Origin: PVC group bacterium
GTDB lineage: Bacteria; Verrucomicrobiota; Kiritimatiellia; CAIKKV01
Reading direction: 5' to 3'
Assembly (NCBI GenBank): GCA_945898015.1
Contig: CAMDGM010000018.1
Location: 4,522 to 68,521, forward strand
DNA length: 64,000 bases
The translations under genes and the position numbers were made by a program. The notes under the pieces are model-generated. The model worked only from the letters and a program-made list of their open reading frames with translations, did not search any database and had not been told where the DNA came from. Shown here piece by piece: positions 54,931-62,351 of this stretch; within the stretch, counting starts at the first letter, position 1; each line of letters opens with the position of its first letter.

Positions 54931-56721
54931 ATGATGGTATCGGATTACATCTTCGATTTTCTTCAACGTAAAGGTGTCGATACGGCGTTTATGGTTTCAG
55001 GGGGGCAGGCCATGTTCCTTGTGGACTCCCTTGGCCGGCATCCGGCGATTCGAACCATTTGTACGCATCATGAGCAGTCTGCCGGCATGTCAGCTGATGC
55101 CTATGCCCGACTCACGGGGAAACTAGGAGTGGCCCTTGTTACCGCAGGCCCTGGAAGCGTGAACATTATTAACGGGTTGGTCGGAGGGTGGACGGACTCC
55201 GCCCCGATGATGGTTATTTCAGGTCAATCCGCTTTGTCTTGTGTTAATTATCAGGCGAAAAGTGGAATTAGGCAATACGGAATTCAGGGGATCCATATTC
55301 AGCCGTTCGTGGAAAAGGCGACGAAGTTTTTCGTGACGGTTGATGACCCGGCGAAAATCCAATATTACATGGAGAAGGCTTACTATCTTGCGACAAACGG
55401 GCGTCCAGGACCGGTTTGGATTGATGTGCCGCTGGACGTGCAACGAATGGAGGTGCCGGAAAAACTCCTTTATCCCTACCATCCGGAAAGAAACGTGACT
55501 ACGCCTGCGATCCCGCAAGAGAAAATTATAAAAACGTGGGAATTCCTCAAGAACGCCAGCCGCCCGCTTATCATCGCTGGACAGGGAGTGCGTATTGCTC
55601 AGGCGGACCGGGAGTTGCGAACCCTGATCGAGACGTTTAACATTCCGCTGATTACTACCCGGCTCGCCATCGATCTCATTGAATCCGAACACCGGCTTTA
55701 TGTCGGACGTCCTGGCAACTACGGCGAACGCGCCGCTAATTTCGCCGTCCAGAACGCGGACTTTATCCTGGCGATTGGGAGTCGCCTTTCAACGGCTTCC
55801 GTGGGGCACGATTCCGCAAGTTTTGGGAAGCATGCTGTCAAAGTCGTCGTCGACATCGACCCCAAAGAACTGGACAAGCCCGGCGTTTCCATGGACCTTA
55901 AAATAAACGGCGATGCGAAATCATTCATGACGTCCTTGCTCGCAACCGCCGTTTCCGGGCAAATGCAAGATACGACTTCCTGGGTCTCGTTGTGCAACGA
56001 ATGGAAGCGTAATTACCCCGTCGTTCTTCCCGAATACAAAAACGAAAAACCGGTCAATTCCTATTATTTCACGGAGCGGTTATGTGAGAAAACCGGGAGC
56101 GGCGACGTGGTGCTTGTCGACACGGGGTCGTGTTTTCATGTCGCGTGTCAGGCGTGGAAAGTCAAGAAGGGGCAACGGTTTTTAACGACGGGCGGCCTTT
56201 CTTCGATGGGTTACTGGGTCGCGGGACTCGGCGCGTGCGCGGCCAATCACTATCGCAGGACAGTCGTCATTACCGGTGACGGAAGCCTCCAGATGAACCT
56301 TCAGGAGTTGGCGACCATTAAGCATAATAATATGCCAATCAAGGTGATCATATTTAACAATAATGGGTATTTGCTCATCCGGCAGACACAGCGTAATTTC
56401 ATGGATGGCAGGCTTTTTGGGGAGGGGCCCGAAACCGGTGTCTGGTGCCCCGATTCCCTCCGAATCGCTGACGCCTATGGAATTAAAGGGGTGAGGATAG
56501 ATTCGGTCGATGACTTGGATGCTAAAATCGACGAGGTCCTTGCGTTCGACGGTCCGGTCGTGTGCGATGTGATGACCCCTGAATGGCAATTGCTGGTTCC
56601 ACGCGTGTCCTCGGAAAAGCTGGCTGACGGCAGGCTTGTTTCCAGAAAATATGAAGACATGTTTCCGTATTTGTCAGAGGCGGAGTTGAAGCGCAATATG
56701 ATTTCCGAATGCCCGACATGA
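54931..56721 (+). CDS. Thiamine-diphosphate enzyme, second acetolactate-synthase-like paralogue
   Basis: AFMVSGGQA...HHEQSAGMSADAYARLTG...TAGPGSVNIINGLVGGWTDSAP. ThDP motif: GDGSLQMNLQEL...IIFNNNGY. The start is ATG 54931 (GAGG 6 nt upstream) or 54919. Confidence 0.8.
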   Translation: MMVSDYIFDFLQRKGVDTAFMVSGGQAMFLVDSLGRHPAIRTICTHHEQSAGMSADAYARLTGKLGVALVTAGPGSVNIINGLVGGWTDSAPMMVISGQSALSCVNYQAKSGIRQYGIQGIHIQPFVEKATKFFVTVDDPAKIQYYMEKAYYLATNGRPGPVWIDVPLDVQRMEVPEKLLYPYHPERNVTTPAIPQEKIIKTWEFLKNASRPLIIAGQGVRIAQADRELRTLIETFNIPLITTRLAIDLIESEHRLYVGRPGNYGERAANFAVQNADFILAIGSRLSTASVGHDSASFGKHAVKVVVDIDPKELDKPGVSMDLKINGDAKSFMTSLLATAVSGQMQDTTSWVSLCNEWKRNYPVVLPEYKNEKPVNSYYFTERLCEKTGSGDVVLVDTGSCFHVACQAWKVKKGQRFLTTGGLSSMGYWVAGLGACAANHYRRTVVITGDGSLQMNLQELATIKHNNMPIKVIIFNNNGYLLIRQTQRNFMDGRLFGEGPETGVWCPDSLRIADAYGIKGVRIDSVDDLDAKIDEVLAFDGPVVCDVMTPEWQLLVPRVSSEKLADGRLVSRKYEDMFPYLSEAELKRNMISECPT

Positions 56722-56770
56722 TGGTCCTTTCCTTGTCGTTGACTTGTAATTATTCGGACGACGATTCGGC

Positions 56771-57817
56771 ATGCACAATACAATTATGACAGACGACCGA
56801 ATTGAGATTGAGGCGCGATTGCGGCCTTTTTGTGCTGAATTTCATGGCCGGCGAATTTTCCTGACCGGAGGAACGGGTTTTTTCGGAAAATGGCTATTGC
56901 ATAGCTTCCTGATGTTAAGACAGTCATGCAAGCGTAAGCCCTTCATGACCGTGCTTTCACGTGATCCTAGTGGATTTCTTCATGCTAATCCGGAATTTCA
57001 TGGGATTTCCGGGTTGGAAATAGTTGCGGGAGATATCAGGACATTTAGCCTCCCTGATTTTCGAACTTTCGATTTTGTCATTCATGGTGCGACGGCGGCC
57101 AGTGCCAAATTGGAGCAGGACAATCCAGAGGAGATGTTTTCCGTTATTACGGACGGGACTCGGCGTGTGCTTGAATTTGCCACGCAGCGCTCGGCAACGC
57201 GTTTCCTGTTTGTCAGTTCGGGTGGTGTTTACGGGCCTCAGCCGTTGTCGTTAAATCATGTTCCAGAAACGTACACAGGCACGCCCACGACAGCCTATGG
57301 AAAAGGAAAGAAGGAATCCGAGGATCTCTGTCTTAAGGAGTCCGCAGGTAATTTTGATTGTGTTATTGCCAGACCATTCGCCTTTGTGGGACCGCATCTT
57401 CCACTGGATGCTCATTTCGCGATCGGAAATTTCATCCGGGACTGCCTGGAAGACCGGCCCATCGTCATTCAAGGCGACGGGACGCCGTTGCGTTCTTACC
57501 TCTACGCTGCCGACTTGGCAGAATGGCTGTGGACTATTTTGTTACGCGGCGAGCATGCTAGAGCCTATAATGTCGGGTCAAGTGCAGCTATTTCCATTGG
57601 CGAGTTGGCCCATCTTGTCCGTGAGTGTGCGGGAACACAGAATGAAATTATTGTTTGCGGGAAGAAAAGTGAAGGAGCATTGCCGGCGCGGTATGTGCCG
57701 TCGGTTGATCGTGTGAGAAACGAGCTTGGCTTGTGCCAGCGATATTCGCTTCCGGATTCTATTCGCCGGACCATAGCCTGGCATCGAGCGTTGCAAGTAA
57801 AAGGGGTGTTGCGATGA
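56771..57817 (+). CDS. NAD(P)-dependent extended SDR (epimerase/reductase) of unknown sugar specificity
   Basis: RRIFLTGGTGFFGKWLL Rossmann motif and YGKGK (YxxxK). Confidence 0.7.
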   Translation: MHNTIMTDDRIEIEARLRPFCAEFHGRRIFLTGGTGFFGKWLLHSFLMLRQSCKRKPFMTVLSRDPSGFLHANPEFHGISGLEIVAGDIRTFSLPDFRTFDFVIHGATAASAKLEQDNPEEMFSVITDGTRRVLEFATQRSATRFLFVSSGGVYGPQPLSLNHVPETYTGTPTTAYGKGKKESEDLCLKESAGNFDCVIARPFAFVGPHLPLDAHFAIGNFIRDCLEDRPIVIQGDGTPLRSYLYAADLAEWLWTILLRGEHARAYNVGSSAAISIGELAHLVRECAGTQNEIIVCGKKSEGALPARYVPSVDRVRNELGLCQRYSLPDSIRRTIAWHRALQVKGVLR

Positions 57818-58749
57818 AGATGATCAGTGTTGTCTCGAGTTGTTTCAATGAAGAGGGTAATCTCAGGGCGTTTTACGACCGGATCCTTGCGGTGTTTGCG
57901 CAGTTGCCTGGTTATACGTATGAAATCATTTTGGCTGATAACTGTTCGACGGATCATAGCCGCGATATTCTTCGTGCATTAGCCGCTAAAGACACCCAGT
58001 TCAAAGTGATTATGAACGCGAATAATTTCGGGCATATTCGTTCCCCTTTCAATGCGATGTTGCAAGCTTCGGGTGATGCCGTGGTTCTGATGTGCTCTGA
58101 TTTGCAGGAGCCGCCTGAGATGATTCTGGAGTTTGTCAAACAGTGGGAGGCCGGATACCAGGTTGTCTGCGGCGTGAAACCGAAAAGTCGCGAGAACCCC
58201 GCGATGTTTAAATTACGCCGATTTTACTACTGGTTGCTGGCGAGTTGCTCGGAAACGCCTCAAATCCAGAATTTTACCGGTTTTGGGCTTTATGACCGCA
58301 AGGTCATTACGGCCGTTAAAAAGTTCAACGAACCCTATCCGTATTTCAGGGGACTCGTCAGCGAGATCGGGTTCAAGCGGATTGAGGTGCCCTTTACCCA
58401 GGCTGCACGCAAGCACGGGAAGACGAAGAATAATTTTTTGACCTTGTACGACATGGCCATGACCGGCTTTGTCAATCACACCAAACTGCCGCTTCGCTTG
58501 GCCTCGTTTTTCGGGTTTCTCCTGGCGTTTTTGAGCTTACTTGTGGCCGGTGGGTATTTCGTTTATAAGCTGCTTTATTGGCAGACGTTTAATCTGGGAC
58601 TCGCGCCGATCGTGATTGGATTGTTTTTCTTTGCCTCAGTGCAGCTGATTTTTATTGGTGTTATTGGCGAGTACATTGGCGCCATCTGGACGCAAGTCAA
58701 GAATAAGCCCTTGGTGATCGAAGACGAGCGGATTAATTTTGATGAGTAG
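57814..58749 (+). CDS. Polyprenyl-phosphate glycosyltransferase (GT2; GtrB/ArnC-like)
   Basis: MKMISVVSSCFNEEGNL...EIILADNCSTDHS...CSDLQEPPE, followed by two C-terminal TM helices. The start overlaps the upstream stop as ATGA. Confidence 0.8.
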   Translation: MKMISVVSSCFNEEGNLRAFYDRILAVFAQLPGYTYEIILADNCSTDHSRDILRALAAKDTQFKVIMNANNFGHIRSPFNAMLQASGDAVVLMCSDLQEPPEMILEFVKQWEAGYQVVCGVKPKSRENPAMFKLRRFYYWLLASCSETPQIQNFTGFGLYDRKVITAVKKFNEPYPYFRGLVSEIGFKRIEVPFTQAARKHGKTKNNFLTLYDMAMTGFVNHTKLPLRLASFFGFLLAFLSLLVAGGYFVYKLLYWQTFNLGLAPIVIGLFFFASVQLIFIGVIGEYIGAIWTQVKNKPLVIEDERINFDE

Positions 58750-59155
58750 CTTCCTTCGTTATCTTCTGGTTGGCGCCTGGAATACCGTCTTTGGCATGGC
58801 GGTCTATGCCGCTCTATATCGTTGGCTGGGGGGGCATGTTCACTATCTCGTCCTGCTCATACCCTCGAACGTTTTAGCCATCACCAACGCCTATGTCTGC
58901 TACAAGCTCTTCGTCTTTAAGACGCAGGGGAATGTCCTTCGCGAGTACTTCCGGTGTTATCTTGTCTATGGGGCCACCATGCTCGCCGGCGCCGCCTTAA
59001 TGACGGGGCTTGTTGAGTGGCTCCGCCTTCAGCCTATTGTGGCCAATTGCATCTGTGTTGGAGTAACAACGATTGCCAGCTATTTGGCGCATCGTAATTT
59101 CTCGTTTAAATCCGGGCAGGAATCCACAGGTGGAAACGAGAAAGCCTGTCCATGA
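58742..59155 (+). CDS. GtrA family membrane protein
   Basis: 137 aa with 4 TM helices. The N-terminus is FLRYLLVGAWNTVFGMAVY and the C-terminus is SYLAHRNFSFK, typical of GtrA-like proteins. It overlaps the GtrB-like gene by 8 nt. Confidence 0.75.
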   Translation: MSSFLRYLLVGAWNTVFGMAVYAALYRWLGGHVHYLVLLIPSNVLAITNAYVCYKLFVFKTQGNVLREYFRCYLVYGATMLAGAALMTGLVEWLRLQPIVANCICVGVTTIASYLAHRNFSFKSGQESTGGNEKACP

Positions 59156-60702
59156 AAAACAAACCCATACTTCTTTTAGTCGTTGTGTCTCTGTTGACCC
59201 TGGTTTGTCACCTTTCCACGGTGAAATATTACCCGCTTTCCTGGCTGGATGAGGTTGACATTATTGAAATAGGACGCATTTCAACGTATGACCAGAATCC
59301 TGTTTGGTCTCTGCATCTTAGGCCCACCTGTCCAGTTTTGCCGCCAACCCCGTTCATTCATTATCTAGGAGGGTTTGTTCAAGAGACTCTTTATCGAGGC
59401 ACAGGAAGCTATGTCGTTCCGAGGTGCTTTGCCATGGCGGGTCTTCTATTTGCCGTGGCGTTTTTCTTTCTTTGGTTAAGGCGAAAAGGATTTCCAGAAT
59501 GGATCTGCTTGTTTTCTGCGTTGTTGTTGTTGTCGGACACCAACGTCACGGTGGGGGCACATTGGTATCGGTTGGATATGTGGGTTATGGGGCTTTCTTT
59601 CCTCAATGCGTTGCTAGTCTTGCGTTGTGCCGGGAAGGATGAATCAGCGCAACTGAAGACGCTCGCCGTTGTTGGGGGACTCATGGTGACGCAAATGTTC
59701 TTTTGGATTACGGCGATAATCCAATGGCCGCTGGTCATAGCCGAAGTGCTGGCGCTTGCGGCTGTTGAAAAATGGACGTTTCGACGTTGTTTTCGCGCCG
59801 CGTTGGCCGGTTTCGCAGGCATTCTTGTTGTATTTGTTGTGTTATTGATCCCGCTGTATGGAGAGATCAGGAACACCGTTCAGTTTGTATTCACGCAAAC
59901 CGAGGTCGGCGGGGTTATCAAACGGTTCAGCCCCCAAGCCCATGAAATCGCTTCATCCACGATGTTCCCGTCTGTGTTCGAAAGGATGTTTCTGTTCTTC
60001 AAATTAATCATGCGCACTCCGTTTGTCTGGATGGGAGTGTTGGTGGGTTGTTTTTTCATGAAAAAACACCGATTTCATTTTGCCGCCTTGTTGGTTTGCA
60101 TAGCGTTGGTGGTCATGACGCAGGTTTATCATGCTCGAGTTAATTATATCACCCCACTTGCTTTTTTGTTCGTCACGGAAGCATTGTATCAGGGTCTGTT
60201 CGTGGCAAATAAGCGAGCCATTCGATATGCTTCGGCTTTCATCCTGTCTGCCGCGTTGACCTTAAGTTTTTCCCTTTCGGTGATCGGGTTGAATTATTTT
60301 GCGCGCCCTCTTTCACGTGAAAACACATATGACGCCCTGCTTGTGAAAATGGACGAAACCATTGGCCGTGGGCCTAAGCATGTGTACACCTTTACGTATG
60401 ACATTTATCATGTCGGCCGCAAATTGGGATGGCAACTGTTTTCATTTCTACCCGGCGCACCCGAGGCTTTGTTTCAGATTGATGTTTCGAAACCGCTCCT
60501 TCCCGACATTGACTTTATTGTCGTTGGAGACGATTACACGCTTAATGCCGAGCAGAAGGCGTTTCTTCGGTCTCACGGGTTTCATTCATGGCAGCGTGTT
60601 GAGTTGCCAGGCGATCAACCGACCGGTATAACGGCTCGCTTTCGACCGGTCATTTACGCAAGAGGGTATCCGTCTTTTACAATCTGGAAGAGGGGTCTGT
60701 AA
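59152..60702 (+). CDS. Polytopic membrane protein, GT-C-like glycosyltransferase candidate (paralogue 1)
   Basis: 516 aa with about 10-11 TM helices. It has an acidic motif after TM1 (PLSWLDEVDIIEIGRI) and a soluble C-terminal domain. The start overlaps the gtrA-like stop as ATGA. Confidence 0.45.
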   Translation: MKNKPILLLVVVSLLTLVCHLSTVKYYPLSWLDEVDIIEIGRISTYDQNPVWSLHLRPTCPVLPPTPFIHYLGGFVQETLYRGTGSYVVPRCFAMAGLLFAVAFFFLWLRRKGFPEWICLFSALLLLSDTNVTVGAHWYRLDMWVMGLSFLNALLVLRCAGKDESAQLKTLAVVGGLMVTQMFFWITAIIQWPLVIAEVLALAAVEKWTFRRCFRAALAGFAGILVVFVVLLIPLYGEIRNTVQFVFTQTEVGGVIKRFSPQAHEIASSTMFPSVFERMFLFFKLIMRTPFVWMGVLVGCFFMKKHRFHFAALLVCIALVVMTQVYHARVNYITPLAFLFVTEALYQGLFVANKRAIRYASAFILSAALTLSFSLSVIGLNYFARPLSRENTYDALLVKMDETIGRGPKHVYTFTYDIYHVGRKLGWQLFSFLPGAPEALFQIDVSKPLLPDIDFIVVGDDYTLNAEQKAFLRSHGFHSWQRVELPGDQPTGITARFRPVIYARGYPSFTIWKRGL

Positions 60703-60704
60703 AG

Positions 60705-62351
60705 GTGGGGTTTGTCAGTTCATTATCGTGCTCACCGCGGTTAGCGGGTCTGGCCTTTTGGATGGCACTACTAACGGTCTTGCTTCTTTATTTGCCCACC
60801 ATAATGGTGATTCCATTGCCTTGGCTGGACGAGATTCACGTTATTGAAATGGGGCGGATCGCTTTATCACGAGGTACGCTTGTTACGACGTTCATGATGA
60901 ATCCCGATGGAAGCAGTTTTTTTCCGTTTTATTATCTGGGTCCGGCAATTCAAGAATTTTCTTATCGACTCTTTGGCATGGCGGGTCCGCGACTGTCTGC
61001 GATGTTGGGGATTCTGGTTTCGGCCTGTTTCTGTCGGTTATGGTTGCTAAAGAAAATGAAATCTCACTGGCAGTCCACCCTGTTAGCCACGATCGTTTTG
61101 GTCAATCCTCTGCTGATGCAAAGTGTCAGACTGGTACGCGTCGACAGTTGGGCGTTCGCGGTGTTTTTTATGATCGTGTATTTCATAGCGGGCGCTACGT
61201 TGCCGTATAGACGTATGCTTTTAATGCGTTTTTTCTTTCTCGGAATTCTTGCAGGGATAAGTCTCTTTATTTGGCCAACAACGTTCATTTTTTATATCTT
61301 TTACCTTGTGGAATTTTGGGGTATTTGTACCCACAATAAGTTTACACCGTTTGTCATAATTAGAGTACTTTTGGCTGCTTTTGTTGGCGCATGTGTTGTT
61401 GGTTTCATAATCGTTATTCCGTTATTGAATAGCTTTGATATGTTGCGTGCAACAGTGGGGCGCTATTTTTCAGTTTTGGACGCTGGCGCGCCTTCGACGG
61501 GTTCGATGATAGGTAAGGGGGTTATAGTTATTTGTGTGAAGGAAATTTTTCGTGACCCTTTTTTCTTGATTGCAGCGTTTATTGGATTTGTTATGTCTAT
61601 ACGAAAGCCAATTGTTATGATGGGCTTTCTAATCTCATTTTTCTTGTGTCTCGTGACTGGTCTTCACACCTTTCGTGCCATTTATCTGTTCCCCTTCGTT
61701 TTTTTGTTTATGTCGTTTGGCATTCAACAACTCAGGGAGTCGCGCCCTTATTGGGGGAATGCGTTACTCACATGCATTTTGTGTTACGGGTTCGCCACTT
61801 CAGTCCTTGCGTATACCGGGATGTCGCTTGTTTACAAAGGTCGATCAATCAGCTTGTTGACCGAACGTTTACGGCAGGCTGTTGGTTCGGGAGATAAGAG
61901 GGTCTATTCGCGTACATTACAAGATTACTATTCAGCACGTACGCTTGGCTGGCGGCATTATCGTTATTTTATCGACAACAATATTCTTGACGATGATAAG
62001 TGCGCTAATTTGCTGGGGAAAGTTGATTACGTCGTTGATTCTATTTCCTTGCCGGTATATTCAATTGAAGAAAGCTACACGGTATATGGCCTAGTTCGTG
62101 ACCATCTCGTCCGCACGACGACGCAAGGGAAAGCGTTTGCTTTTTCAGCCGTTTCGCCCCAGGAACAAACTCGGTTTGAGGACCAACTCGTTCAGCACGG
62201 ATTCAAGAAAGCGCACGTGATTGATCTCAGGCCTGCCCCGGCCTCCTACACGCCGTTTCAGCGATGGATTCTTTCGAAACAAACGACGAACCCCGATTTT
62301 GATCAGTTAGTTGTTTGGACGCGAGCGAAGCCGGACGCCACACCACCCTAA
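60705..62351 (+). CDS. Polytopic membrane protein, GT-C-like glycosyltransferase candidate (paralogue 2)
   Basis: 548 aa with the same architecture. It shares with paralogue 1 the motifs PLPWLDEIHVIEMGRI, Y.LG..QE..YR and VR.D.W. The start is GTG 60705 or ATG 60762. Confidence 0.45.
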   Translation: MGFVSSLSCSPRLAGLAFWMALLTVLLLYLPTIMVIPLPWLDEIHVIEMGRIALSRGTLVTTFMMNPDGSSFFPFYYLGPAIQEFSYRLFGMAGPRLSAMLGILVSACFCRLWLLKKMKSHWQSTLLATIVLVNPLLMQSVRLVRVDSWAFAVFFMIVYFIAGATLPYRRMLLMRFFFLGILAGISLFIWPTTFIFYIFYLVEFWGICTHNKFTPFVIIRVLLAAFVGACVVGFIIVIPLLNSFDMLRATVGRYFSVLDAGAPSTGSMIGKGVIVICVKEIFRDPFFLIAAFIGFVMSIRKPIVMMGFLISFFLCLVTGLHTFRAIYLFPFVFLFMSFGIQQLRESRPYWGNALLTCILCYGFATSVLAYTGMSLVYKGRSISLLTERLRQAVGSGDKRVYSRTLQDYYSARTLGWRHYRYFIDNNILDDDKCANLLGKVDYVVDSISLPVYSIEESYTVYGLVRDHLVRTTTQGKAFAFSAVSPQEQTRFEDQLVQHGFKKAHVIDLRPAPASYTPFQRWILSKQTTNPDFDQLVVWTRAKPDATPP

